Below, piece by piece: positions 35,701-45,713 of a stretch of DNA of 64,000 bases (its first letter is position 1; every line of letters begins with the position of its first letter). The translations under genes were made by a program, and so were the position numbers. Below the pieces are notes generated by a model. That model saw only the letters and a program-made list of their open reading frames with translations. It made no database searches and was not told where the DNA came from. Source of the DNA: a virus; IMG/VR virus record IMGVR_UViG_3300046170_000289. One strand, given 5' to 3'.

Positions 35701-36598
35701 CTGGATCTTCAACCAACTGATACAACACAGACTTGACATACTCACGCACGCGAGTGTTTGCGTAAATCAAGTGTGTGCGAGACACATCTTGGAATGCAAT
35801 GAAGTTACCTTCACCGTCAAACCAGTTTTGGACCAGTCTAAATGCACCTGCGTTACCGCCAGTGATCATGTCATATCTGACTGCCTTAAGGATGTCAGCA
35901 CAGAAGTCCACGGTCATGTTAGTGGTGCCGTAGTAAGTCACAGTCTCATCAAACGCTCTCTGTGCGATAGCATCTTTGTTAAAGAGCAGCATGTTAGCGA
36001 TAGTCTTGTCGGTATTTAATCCACCGCCAAGAGTATCAACCATGATGTCAAACAAGGTGTCAATCGCAGATTGTGGTCCTTCACAAGTGCCCTGTTGATA
36101 CTCACTATTTGTGTAGTTTGTAGATCTAGTTGTCCTAACGATACTTGCCAAAGCATTAGTATTCGTATTTGCTGCTTGCTCGATTGTCTCGATGTAGATA
36201 TCGATCAGAGTATCGATACCAGAAGCAACTTCAGCACAAGTCTGATTCCAATCACCAGCAGAGGCGTCATAGGTTAGAGTTACATCTCTGACTGCAATAT
36301 CAGGCGTATACTTAATAGGCCAGATCTTAGGCAGAGTGCCAGTGCGGTTTGCAACGTTACCAGGATTGCTGATCGCGTCTGTAACCAGTGCCATCAGAGT
36401 ATCAATCTCAGTTGCAACGTCATCAGACTCACTACCTGTGTATACAGGATCAACCAGACGTGATCTCCAGTAAGACAAATCGCCAGTTGTGTATGCCCAT
36501 GCTGTTGTTGATTCGCCCTGATGGCACAGCACCTGCCGTAGCGGCAAAACCGCCAACATTGGTGCCTGCCAGCAATCCACCTGCCTCATAAAGACCAA
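32720..36598 (-). CDS. Giant gp7-position baseplate protein, C-terminal fragment (3 of 3)
   Basis: 1,292-aa ORF overlapping fragment 2. Sense reading begins at GESTTAWAY (~36515). C-terminal Ig-like domain. Confidence 0.82.
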   Translation of the reverse strand: MVFMRQVDCWQAPMLAVLPLRQVLCHQGESTTAWAYTTGDLSYWRSRLVDPVYTGSESDDVATEIDTLMALVTDAISNPGNVANRTGTLPKIWPIKYTPDIAVRDVTLTYDASAGDWNQTCAEVASGIDTLIDIYIETIEQAANTNTNALASIVRTTRSTNYTNSEYQQGTCEGPQSAIDTLFDIMVDTLGGGLNTDKTIANMLLFNKDAIAQRAFDETVTYYGTTNMTVDFCADILKAVRYDMITGGNAGAFRLVQNWFDGEGNFIAFQDVSRTHLIYANTRVREYVKSVLYQLVEDPGWATYNTYQLGINGRLDYNREASEFIIDSSINCIEYSLETSNFPTEGSVTWVPSSDAVNINTKYELGFDYNTDPALVTLTPIVPVGFDRAEYRVRINRVNSFRRGDILQYIPASETSVAAFTGQTYWYVMTATPQWFEVGAHYMHDGRFRRVEVNTANTGQQIFSVVRRTGINRSTPLFPADPSQTPIQGGFNPADVIYGTTSESSSEIGSVSLNQAEINRLYTRFELDNVSTNLGVYENFINGEVIRVNGNPVINGQCLQTGLTNNDGENFLNLVSVAGIINVGDTLVGDDSGTTADVVSFDSRMLINVEKGSFAQGDWLFDKNSAVEAYANQYLNKSGSLTGNDGGRITIDVETIGDAWDAGDIIYGSVTDYILEIKGLSGTQIQLNQYIHGTNIYQLELGTAIIDTGVSDTFRVGDEVVLLQGTTLKDPGFRATVTQYINGVNADPTDPNYGIHRLFIGNLIPVGVGTDISDVITGANNIGKLDIGSNFPSIYANVTSYTDTAYNSYGRVAAIDQQGITATVWLENVKGDFLNNMTVTSDYGWGGAVASARTLEGRVDRYFRGFDGTQTQFDLTISNGEAYFPDPAGHMLIFVNGILQPPGGNNSYVAFSDKINFSEAPDIGSEFVGYYVGKLRQMDDISFEFDSLRSSFNLRREGLFYSLTLTEGVSSNVIRPENNIIVSLNGIIQEPGVAYEIVGSRIIFAEVPRAGSTFVGFSYIGSDTDVIAATVVPPVEAGDKLEIDGEEFARDVALIESSNSLITFEYTGSVKGRNAAAIAQIRSGQLSSAILTNSGDGYTSRPNVDVISSSGFDGRIKALMGITRIDVKTPGVSYLQPIVAIDSVVPDDFVNPSGTPVNGGRDIYNADEAIDGDTTTITPGAITIAQDPVNVTVNQGQTASFTVAATVSNSQQLNYQWQKKEYGTQTWSNIIGANQSTYNTNDAAQADDGDEYRVAITAAGATPVYSLSAILTVQTGATVISNFTPDLIFDDI

Positions 36599-39500
36599 CG
36601 CTTACACCAGGAGTTGAAGATTCACCGATTTCATTACCATCAATCCAGAGTTTGACACGACCAGATCCAGCAGCAACTGTGCCACCAATTCTAATCTCCC
36701 AAGTGATCTCATGCTCACCACCATCGAAGTAGTCCGACAGATTAGAAACAGGCACGTCAAGAAGTGCAAGACCAGGGTCAGCATTAGTAGATGCACCACC
36801 TGCATAGGAGTTAGCACCATTACCAGCACGGAGACGGAGGTATGTGCCGCTGTCTCTGATACCGATGTATGCACCAGCACTATTGTCACCAAGCTCCCAG
36901 AGGACGCCATCGCTAGGTGTGCCAGCAGGAAGCACTGTTACACAACTACAAACCAGATCTTCATCATTGGTAATACCAGTCGAGGAAGAAGGTCCACTTG
37001 CAATGTTGTTTGTGCCGTTAGTGAATGTGCGAGTAACGGTGTTATTGTAGTTTCCACCAAGGATGATACCATCATCAACTTCTGAATTACGAAGCACCGT
37101 AGTAGGTTTGGGGACTGCCTCAGAGAATGTCTGGACGCCACCGCTATATGCTGCAACGTTAGTAATAATCTGACCACGCATTGCACGCTTCACCAGTCTC
37201 TTCGCTTCTCCCAGAATCCAATTTACCTCTGTTGCCAGAGATGTAACGTGGGCGAGAGATCCACCGTATGTTGTATAGAATTCAGATACCCAGTTGATAT
37301 AGTTATCTCCACCATACTTGAGGTTGAAGACCAATGCTCTGAGGATATCAGTTACGTCATGGACGCAATCGATGCTACCGTTAGCAACAACAGCACCAGC
37401 ATGTGCTTCAACAAACGTATGAGTATATCGCTCACCTGCAGGAGATGCGCCAACGTTGATCGTAATCGTATCATTGGTATGTGCAGTGATCAATCTAGAT
37501 GTGGTGTATGCAGGGTCTCCTTTACGAGGGTAGTAGTTGGTAACGGTGTTACCATCAAGTGTGCAAGTAAATCCAATAGAATCAGGTCTAACAGTAACTC
37601 TGTTACCTGTAACCAAACCATGACTTGCCATGGTAATGATCATCTCACCACTTGCTGCATCGTAAGTTGCAGTAGATGGAGTATATTGCTGTCCACCGTA
37701 AATTCCACCGTTAATACTCAGTGAAGGATACTGTGTTTGTCCTGCCTTAACTGCTTGCTCAGCAATCCAACGAATGTTTGCATCAATAGCATCACCACAA
37801 GATTGGAAGATCTCCTCTTTGGGGTTTGCCTCGTAAGAAGCAGGATCGACCTGATTAGGATCATTTCCAGGAATATAATCTCTACCGAAACCATTCCTCA
37901 TCATCACAGTTGCCATGTCTCTAACGAGTTTCATGACAGTGACAGTTGCTTCCCAATCATCTTCGATGTGCTTCAGAGAATTATTCTCTGTCTCAACGTA
38001 GAGGTTTGCAGCATCCCATGTCCTTTCATTACAGTTGTAGTTGAGGTCATGTGCAAGAGCATTAAGAATGTCCTTAACGTCATCTGTGCAGTTAACAGGA
38101 CCACCCTTGATTTGGAATAGGGCAAACTTAGACATGTCATTCATTGTCTCGACTGCCTCATGTGCAATCAGATCAATATTTGCCTTGATTGCATTGGTAG
38201 CATCCTTATAACGATTCCAGTTAGAAACGCTATCCTGAGGATATCCTTCATCATCGATTGTGATGGTATCATCTCTGTATGCGCCACGGGCAGTATACAG
38301 AGGTGTATGATAATCATCTTGTGTCCATGCAGGAATACCAAAGTCACCAGAAACTTCACCAGGGGAGAGGAGCAAGTTGTTACCTGCTTTCTGTGTGAGA
38401 TACTTGGCATGATGGAATGCATCAAGCATTGGATTCAACTCATGCTCAACGTGGAGCACGTTGTCTTGGTCATCCAGATACTGATCAATAACTGCTTCAA
38501 CGTTGTATGTGCCACCTGTGCAGAGGTCAGCAATTACAGCAGGGAGAATGAATTGCTTAATATCTCTCTCGCAATATGGTTGACCATAACCAGGCATGAC
38601 GAGGAATTGAGTGTCAGTGCCATTGAGGTCAATCTCATACTTATTAAGAATGAATCCAGCAACTTCTTCTGCAATATAGTCGCGGTTTTTCCAGATCAAG
38701 ACACCAGTGTCTCTGAAGATATCAGGATTAGGTGCCAAGACTTCTAGCACTTCACGACCCAGAGTATCAAACTCATCTTGGATGGATTGAGATGCAGGAG
38801 ATGCGAAGTTGTTGGGAAGTCTCAATCTGTTTGTATAGGTGCCAGACAGATCTGTGTCAGTTGTAGTAATTACATACTTACAAAGGACAAATGCCTGATC
38901 CCATGCATACAGAGTTTGCAGAATCTCGTTACCAACGTGCTTCAGTTTGCCTGATGCTTCGAGGTAAGTACGAGCGGTGTAGAGAGAGTTGTAGTTACCA
39001 CCGTCTCTCAAGTCCTTGACAAGAGCGCCGATGATGTAGTCCTTAGTATCCCTGATACACTTGTTGGTGCCTTGGTATGTGCCTTCGGCCACGTTGTTGC
39101 CAGGGATGACAAAATCAGGGAATGCTGCTTCCATTCTACCGACTGCCTCTTCAGCAATCCAGGCAGCGTTAAGGTCGATAATATCAGCACAGTTTCTGTG
39201 ATCTGATCTACCAAGATCAACGTTTTCAATGATTGCAAAGTTTTGATCGTAGTTAAGTTCCTTGATAGCAGCAGAGGAAATACGCTGACCTGTGTAGATA
39301 GCATATGTTTCCTGATTATCAATGACGAATGGTTGCTCACCATCAAGACCAAACTTGACATACTGGTTAGAGTAGTCGATCTGAGTAGGAGGCACGAATC
39401 CAGTATTGAAGTCGGACTCTCCATTCTTAACAACCACGTTGTCCATATAACCAGTAAACTGGTTAGACCCGTTAAAGTCAGCACCGACGTAGATAGCAGC

Positions 39501-42500
39501 ATAACCATAATCATTAGTGTCAGCATAGTTGCCACCAACCTGCACGCCATCAACATAGAGTTGCAAGACGCTAGTAGTCCTGACAACTGCAATGTGATGC
39601 CAGTTGTTAGCAAGCAGCGTGCCACCAGTCAGCAGTTGAGACGTGCCGTTGTAGACGGTGATTGCACCATTAGTTTGGAGAGTAATTCTCAAACCAGAGG
39701 TAGCAGACAGACGACGGAAGTCAAACAGATGCTGAGTCGTGCTCAGGTTGTCTGCTCTAATCCAACCTTGGACAGTGAAGTCTGCAGTGTTACCGAAGGA
39801 GAAGTCGTAACTATCTCTAGTAACCAGATATCCGTTAGAAGGGAATTTGATAGACTTCTTACCGCTAAGTCTCTTGTATTTCTCGATAACACTCAGAGAA
39901 ACACCGTTTTGGTTAGCAGTGGTGGAGTTGGTAATATACTCACCATCCTGGAATGATCCAGTGACGGCATCAGCAAAGATCCACTTCAGACCAGAGTTAG
40001 ATCCGATTGCTTCAAAGGTTGCACCGCTAGTAACACCAGTAATGTTATCACCAACGATAAACAGACCACCCGCACGATCCTTATATGCAATCTTCGTTGT
40101 GCGAATATTTTCGTTAGCAACGAATGTGCCATCAGTGATGCTCGCGAGAGCGTTAATGTTATTGAGATTTTGTGCTGCAATCGCAGTCGTAGAGATGTCT
40201 ACGAGCGTAGCGATATATGCCTGGACGTTAGCACAATTCTGGATTGTTTCATTTCGGCCTGAGTAGTAATTGGGGTCGAAATACTTGGCAGTTGTGCCAC
40301 CGCCAGTGAAGACTGCATTATCCAGTGCCTTGACGAATGTGTGGGTATATCCACCACCGCTACTGACTGCATTAGCAGAAGCAGAAACGAATGTGTGAGC
40401 ATACTGCTGATCAGCAGGAGATGCTGCAACGTTGACCGTAATGGTGGTTGCATCAGCACCATGGATAAACAGACGCTTGCCAGATGCAGGGTCAGTAGAT
40501 CTAGGATATGTGTGAGTGGTGCCATTGGCATCCATGTCACATGTGAATACCAACGAATCGTTAGCAATAGTCACATAGTCATTGATTTCAAGACTGTGAG
40601 ATCCAATAGTCAATACCATATCACCCGTTGCTGGATCGTAGGTAGCAGCAGTTGGTGTGTATTGGACTAAAGGAGATGCACCGACGTTAACTGTAATTGT
40701 AGTGCCAGTCTCAGCACTAATAGCAAGAGGAGTGTTGAATGCAGGATCTCCAGCACGAGGATAGTCGTGGAAGGATGCATCGTTATCAGAATCGCAAGTA
40801 AACTTCAGAGAGTGTGGACGGATCGTAACAGTATCCGAAGTTGTCAGTGTGTGAGTGCCAATGGTAAGGACCATTTGACCATTTGAAGGTGTGTAGACTG
40901 CAGCAGACACATCGAATTCTTGCAGGTCATCTTCACCACCGCTGTAGGATCCTTGATATGTTGTAGGATCTTTCAGCATGAATCCAGTGACAGAAGTCCT
41001 GGAATTGACTTGATAATAGAGAAGGTTGTTGATTGCCTGGAAGGACAAGTGCATTGCCTTATCGATAGCAGTCAGAGATTCTGCATACTCACCGATCAGA
41101 CCGTTAGCAATAGGTGCTCCAGCAGCATCGAAATACTTCTTAGTGAATTCGATGATGTTGTAGTTACCACCCTGAGAAACGTCTTCTGCCAAGGCATCGA
41201 TCATCAGACCGATGTCACGACGACACTTGATTTGACCAGGAGAATAGGTGCCTTTCGACTCATCAGGGAGGTCAACCAGCGTGCCATTCAGCAGAGTCTC
41301 ATCAACCACATCATAGAGAGTGGTGATTGCTGCTTGGACATCTGTGCAGTTGTCAGTGCCATTGTTGGACTGGTTAGCACCGTTAGTGCCATAAGGATCA
41401 TTAGGTGATGGGTCAGCAGTAATACCGTTGCCATCATAACCACCATGATCTATCTCACTCCAAGGGACATAGGTAATACCTGCATTAGGTTGACCAGCTG
41501 GTGCTGTGAAACTAGAAGTCAGATTGTTGACGATTGCCAACTTCATCATGTCTTTTGCTTTCTCAAATCCATAACGAGTCTCAGCAGACTCATTGTTGAC
41601 ATACACAAAGTTGCCATTTACATCAAAGTATTTCTGACAGAGTTTACGAGTATAGACGTTACCACCACGGAAAATGTCAATGGAGATAGCATCGATATAC
41701 AACTCAAGGTCACGGATACACTTATTAGGATCAGGCACGGTGAGTGACGTATATTGCGTCATCATCTCATCGTATGCCTTATTAGCAATGTATGACTTAT
41801 TCTTTTGAATCAGACGATATGCATCAGAATATCTACTCCATGAGTTAGTGATAACATCACCAGGGAAGTAGAATCTGGGATGCTTAACAGCGATTTCTGC
41901 TTCAGCAAAATCAACGATTTGATCTTTGTTGCCAAGGATCATTGCCGAAGCATCTTTGAATCTGTTGGTAGCAGCACCATGGAAGACAGAGGTCGGATTA
42001 CCGTAATTTGCTCTGTTGTTGATTACAGTGTCACCCTCATCGAAAGTGCCACCTGCCAACTGAGTATACTGGACTTCAGTATTTCTAACTTCTTCAAAGT
42101 CGAGGAAGTCAGCATTAATTCTGTTAGCAGTATCGTAAAGCTCAGTAGGTGTAATAGAAGATTGAGAAATGTTATCGATGATAACATTAGGATTAGTAAT
42201 ACTAACCAGACGCTCAAACAGCAGACCGTAGAATGTAGATCCTGGGTTGATAATCAACTCATCAACGGCGTCGCTAGTAGCGGGGTCAATATATGGAGAG
42301 ATGAATGTAATCTGACCAGCAATCTTGGAAGATGCTGAGTATACATACTCATTCAGTCTTAGGTCAAAGATGCCAGTTTCAAACTGTGCAGTACCTGAGG
42401 TCTTACTGACCACGATGCTATCGGTAACACCACCCTGATCATCGATATTAGTTTCTTCGATGATGGCAGTATCACCTTCAAGGTTAGTGATAGATTCACC

Positions 42501-45500
42501 AAACTGGAAGATAGTTTCGCTATTCAGTTGAGTAACACTCAGGATAAGTCCAGAGAAGAGGGTGCCACGAGTGATCTCCTCATTCAGGTTAAATGTGCCA
42601 CCAACCAAGTTGATAACGTCGATATGAGTCGTGCCAGAGTCGATAACAGTAGCAATAACGTCGCTATCTGCACCTTGGACTTGTTGACCCAGAGTTGGGA
42701 AGATACCGAAGTTTGGTGGACCTGCCTGACCAGAATACAACTCAATTCTGTAAATTGGTGTAGGAGTAACTGATAGTGATCTATAGTTAACTCTAGACGC
42801 TGGTTTTGGTGGCTCGCCAAATACAATCTGTCCACCAACGATGGAGTAAGAAACGCCAGGTGCCTGAATCACACCGTTGATAGTAATCAGCAGTTGATTC
42901 TGTTGGACGATAACTTGCTCACCTTCAACGGTAAGTGGGAATTGCTTGTCAATACCGTTAAACTGAGGTGAAATATCATCAAGTTTCTTCACGATAGAGG
43001 TCAAGATTTCCTCAGAGGAGGTCAGACGCTTTTTACGGAAGAGGACTTCAGTATTGTTGTAATCGGTGTAAATTGGTTGTGCTGCACCGAAAGATGTGAT
43101 CTGGTTGACGTTGGAGTAGTTATTGATGTTAACTTCCTTCGTAAACTCAGTACCGACCTTTCTGCCCGAAACATCCTTACCACCAACGATCTGCAACTGT
43201 CCAAACATGTTGAAACCAGCAGGGTGGTTGTTTTCAAGGATTTGAGTCTTCCATTTGGTAATGGGGATCTCGGACTTGATAACGTAAGAGAAGTTTTGAT
43301 AGAAGAAGGAATCTTGGATTTTTTGGACGATTTCGGAAGGTTTACCGACATTATCGATAAACTTACCAGGAGTCCTCGTCAAAGATCCGATATTCAGCAC
43401 ACCACGAGCAATACTCAGGTTATCGATGATACCAGACGCTTTAGAGATAGATCCAGTGACTTTTTCGCCAATCTTCCAATCTCCATCGTAATCGACGATC
43501 TTGAGGATCTTAGGACCGATTTGCCAACCAGTATTGGTAGAAACCTTACCAGTTGCACTTGCAAGCTCAACTGCACTACCTTGGAAGACTTCTTCGCCTT
43601 CAAGGAAGCGAGATGTCTCAACAACTGCTTCTGCTCTACCACCGAAGACTTCAGTGAGCAATACTTGACGACCACTACCCTGAGTCAGGAATGTGATGTA
43701 ATCACCTGCTTGTGCTGACTGTAGAGTCAATCCAAAGCGGATTTGGTCGGATTCTAGTGAGTTTGCCTGACCAGCGATTGCATAGTAAACCTGACCATCA
43801 ATCAATGAAGTCAAACCTGCGCTAGATGGTTTAGGTAGGATACCTTCAGTGCTACCGACATTTTCTGCACGGAATTGGATTTCTGCACCAGTTGTGATTC
43901 CATGAGGGAAGTTAAACTGCAGATAGTTGAGGTCGAGGTTAACAACGTAGTTAAACTCAGACTTCAGCGTAACTGTAGGCTCAGATGAGTATCCAGCACC
44001 AGGATTCTTGATAATAATCTCATTGAGTCGGTTATTCTTAATAACGGCGACTGCATCAGCACCTTGACCGCCACCACCTTCAATAACAACTGCAGGAGTC
44101 GATGTATAACCAGCACCAGGATCTGTGATCTTGATTTCGGAAAGAATCGAAGTATTGAAGAGTTGAAGGTTAACAGGGAAAGTAATTTCAGGTTTCAGGG
44201 TGTAATCGTGTGAATAACCGAAACCAAACTCATTATTCTTAAGTCTCTTGATCTTACCGATGTTTCTACCTGTCAAGAAGACAGATGCACCAGTACCTTC
44301 ACTAGGAATGATAACATTTACAGCACCACCAGATCCAGACAGTGTAGGTCCAAGAATACCAGTGATAGCGTCAATATCAACGCTTGCAGTGGTATAACCT
44401 TTACCTGGGTCTGCAACATCGACCTGAGCGATTGCACCAGATCCAGTTTCGTCATCTAGGAGGACTGTGACGGTAACTTTACCACCTTCACCATCTCCAG
44501 CAACAGGAACGTCGTAGTAAACGCCAGGTGCATATTCCGTGCCACCATCAACGATCTCAACCTTCTCAATTTGACGGAAGGATGCAATATCGGAGATGAT
44601 AGGCAGTTTCTTATAGAATCCACCAGGAGAAACCAGTTTGATACTGTTAATAGGACCAACTGCTCTGGTAGATGTTGTAGAGTAGAAGGAATACTCATTT
44701 CCTTGATCATCAGATCCAATCTCAGCGTTATTACGCTCAGGCTCTCTATTAAGTGGGAATTTGAATTCAGTATCGCTTACAATCTCACTAATGTTGAATC
44801 TACCCTGATATGGAGTCGTGATAACGTCAATGTATGAGTTTTCTCCAACTGGGGAGTTAGATCCAGTCCTTGATGGGTCAAAGTAGTAAGAGATGTTAGT
44901 AACATCACCAAGCACCAAGAATTTAACGAATGGAGTGCTTGCACCTGCACCTTGGATACCAGGGGTGCCTTCTCTAACAGTATTGTTGAAAGAATACTCC
45001 AGTTTATACTGGTTATCCTGAGAGAATGACAGATAGTAACCGAAGTTGGAAGGATCGCTAAGCTCGAAGTTATACTGGTGATTTCTAGTGAAAATTAGAG
45101 TAGGATGCTTAGCATAGATGTTGACGTTTGCAATTCCACTGTTAACAAACGTTGGGTCAGAGACTGCGGTCTCTCTAATCTTAAATGTAAACTCTCTAGA
45201 TCCGATAACGTCATCAATGAAGAATGATCCGTTATATTGAGCACCAGAGAATCCTTCAGTGAAGATAATTTCATCTTCTTTATAGAAGTGTGGAGAATTA
45301 GATGTGCAATAGACTTTATCAGTCCTAACGCTGCTAGAAAGAATGATATCTTTCTCAAGACGTGCAGTAACACGGATCTTCTTAACAGATGCAAAACCAG
45401 AGATCTCTACAGACTTCTCATCTTCTGCCAAAGTGATATTGTTGGTGTTGACACTAACAACGTCATTAGGAATGAAGTTAGATCCAGGATGGACTTCTAA

Positions 45501-45713
45501 AATCTCAATACTATAGTTGTTGCCTTGATCATAAGGCATCAAACGGAGTATAGGGACTGATTGCCTCGCTAGTTTCAACAAAGGACCAAGTAACAGTGCC
45601 ATCAGATACGTCACCTGTAGTGTGAGTAGGAGGCACTGCAGTAGTAACACCACCGCCACCAACAGCAACCTGATAAACGTTGAGTTTATACCATACACGC
45701 TGTCCAGTAGCAT
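36450..45713 (-). CDS. Giant gp7-position baseplate protein, middle fragment (2 of 3)
   Basis: 3,087-aa ORF. Sense reading runs from LMPYDQGNN (~45543) to GAVPSG (~36517). Contains LamG-like domains and helical CxRD..GGN repeats. Confidence 0.85.
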   Translation of the reverse strand: MLLDSVYGINSTFIRLLLVAVVLLLQCLLLTLQVTYLMALLLGPLLKLARQSVPILRLMPYDQGNNYSIEILEVHPGSNFIPNDVVSVNTNNITLAEDEKSVEISGFASVKKIRVTARLEKDIILSSSVRTDKVYCTSNSPHFYKEDEIIFTEGFSGAQYNGSFFIDDVIGSREFTFKIRETAVSDPTFVNSGIANVNIYAKHPTLIFTRNHQYNFELSDPSNFGYYLSFSQDNQYKLEYSFNNTVREGTPGIQGAGASTPFVKFLVLGDVTNISYYFDPSRTGSNSPVGENSYIDVITTPYQGRFNISEIVSDTEFKFPLNREPERNNAEIGSDDQGNEYSFYSTTSTRAVGPINSIKLVSPGGFYKKLPIISDIASFRQIEKVEIVDGGTEYAPGVYYDVPVAGDGEGGKVTVTVLLDDETGSGAIAQVDVADPGKGYTTASVDIDAITGILGPTLSGSGGAVNVIIPSEGTGASVFLTGRNIGKIKRLKNNEFGFGYSHDYTLKPEITFPVNLQLFNTSILSEIKITDPGAGYTSTPAVVIEGGGGQGADAVAVIKNNRLNEIIIKNPGAGYSSEPTVTLKSEFNYVVNLDLNYLQFNFPHGITTGAEIQFRAENVGSTEGILPKPSSAGLTSLIDGQVYYAIAGQANSLESDQIRFGLTLQSAQAGDYITFLTQGSGRQVLLTEVFGGRAEAVVETSRFLEGEEVFQGSAVELASATGKVSTNTGWQIGPKILKIVDYDGDWKIGEKVTGSISKASGIIDNLSIARGVLNIGSLTRTPGKFIDNVGKPSEIVQKIQDSFFYQNFSYVIKSEIPITKWKTQILENNHPAGFNMFGQLQIVGGKDVSGRKVGTEFTKEVNINNYSNVNQITSFGAAQPIYTDYNNTEVLFRKKRLTSSEEILTSIVKKLDDISPQFNGIDKQFPLTVEGEQVIVQQNQLLITINGVIQAPGVSYSIVGGQIVFGEPPKPASRVNYRSLSVTPTPIYRIELYSGQAGPPNFGIFPTLGQQVQGADSDVIATVIDSGTTHIDVINLVGGTFNLNEEITRGTLFSGLILSVTQLNSETIFQFGESITNLEGDTAIIEETNIDDQGGVTDSIVVSKTSGTAQFETGIFDLRLNEYVYSASSKIAGQITFISPYIDPATSDAVDELIINPGSTFYGLLFERLVSITNPNVIIDNISQSSITPTELYDTANRINADFLDFEEVRNTEVQYTQLAGGTFDEGDTVINNRANYGNPTSVFHGAATNRFKDASAMILGNKDQIVDFAEAEIAVKHPRFYFPGDVITNSWSRYSDAYRLIQKNKSYIANKAYDEMMTQYTSLTVPDPNKCIRDLELYIDAISIDIFRGGNVYTRKLCQKYFDVNGNFVYVNNESAETRYGFEKAKDMMKLAIVNNLTSSFTAPAGQPNAGITYVPWSEIDHGGYDGNGITADPSPNDPYGTNGANQSNNGTDNCTDVQAAITTLYDVVDETLLNGTLVDLPDESKGTYSPGQIKCRRDIGLMIDALAEDVSQGGNYNIIEFTKKYFDAAGAPIANGLIGEYAESLTAIDKAMHLSFQAINNLLYYQVNSRTSVTGFMLKDPTTYQGSYSGGEDDLQEFDVSAAVYTPSNGQMVLTIGTHTLTTSDTVTIRPHSLKFTCDSDNDASFHDYPRAGDPAFNTPLAISAETGTTITVNVGASPLVQYTPTAATYDPATGDMVLTIGSHSLEINDYVTIANDSLVFTCDMDANGTTHTYPRSTDPASGKRLFIHGADATTITVNVAASPADQQYAHTFVSASANAVSSGGGYTHTFVKALDNAVFTGGGTTAKYFDPNYYSGRNETIQNCANVQAYIATLVDISTTAIAAQNLNNINALASITDGTFVANENIRTTKIAYKDRAGGLFIVGDNITGVTSGATFEAIGSNSGLKWIFADAVTGSFQDGEYITNSTTANQNGVSLSVIEKYKRLSGKKSIKFPSNGYLVTRDSYDFSFGNTADFTVQGWIRADNLSTTQHLFDFRRLSATSGLRITLQTNGAITVYNGTSQLLTGGTLLANNWHHIAVVRTTSVLQLYVDGVQVGGNYADTNDYGYAAIYVGADFNGSNQFTGYMDNVVVKNGESDFNTGFVPPTQIDYSNQYVKFGLDGEQPFVIDNQETYAIYTGQRISSAAIKELNYDQNFAIIENVDLGRSDHRNCADIIDLNAAWIAEEAVGRMEAAFPDFVIPGNNVAEGTYQGTNKCIRDTKDYIIGALVKDLRDGGNYNSLYTARTYLEASGKLKHVGNEILQTLYAWDQAFVLCKYVITTTDTDLSGTYTNRLRLPNNFASPASQSIQDEFDTLGREVLEVLAPNPDIFRDTGVLIWKNRDYIAEEVAGFILNKYEIDLNGTDTQFLVMPGYGQPYCERDIKQFILPAVIADLCTGGTYNVEAVIDQYLDDQDNVLHVEHELNPMLDAFHHAKYLTQKAGNNLLLSPGEVSGDFGIPAWTQDDYHTPLYTARGAYRDDTITIDDEGYPQDSVSNWNRYKDATNAIKANIDLIAHEAVETMNDMSKFALFQIKGGPVNCTDDVKDILNALAHDLNYNCNERTWDAANLYVETENNSLKHIEDDWEATVTVMKLVRDMATVMMRNGFGRDYIPGNDPNQVDPASYEANPKEEIFQSCGDAIDANIRWIAEQAVKAGQTQYPSLSINGGIYGGQQYTPSTATYDAASGEMIITMASHGLVTGNRVTVRPDSIGFTCTLDGNTVTNYYPRKGDPAYTTSRLITAHTNDTITINVGASPAGERYTHTFVEAHAGAVVANGSIDCVHDVTDILRALVFNLKYGGDNYINWVSEFYTTYGGSLAHVTSLATEVNWILGEAKRLVKRAMRGQIITNVAAYSGGVQTFSEAVPKPTTVLRNSEVDDGIILGGNYNNTVTRTFTNGTNNIASGPSSSTGITNDEDLVCSCVTVLPAGTPSDGVLWELGDNSAGAYIGIRDSGTYLRLRAGNGANSYAGGASTNADPGLALLDVPVSNLSDYFDGGEHEITWEIRIGGTVAAGSGRVKLWIDGNEIGESSTPGVSVGLYEAGGLLAGTNVGGFAATAGAVPSGRINNSMGIHNWRFVLLEITSG

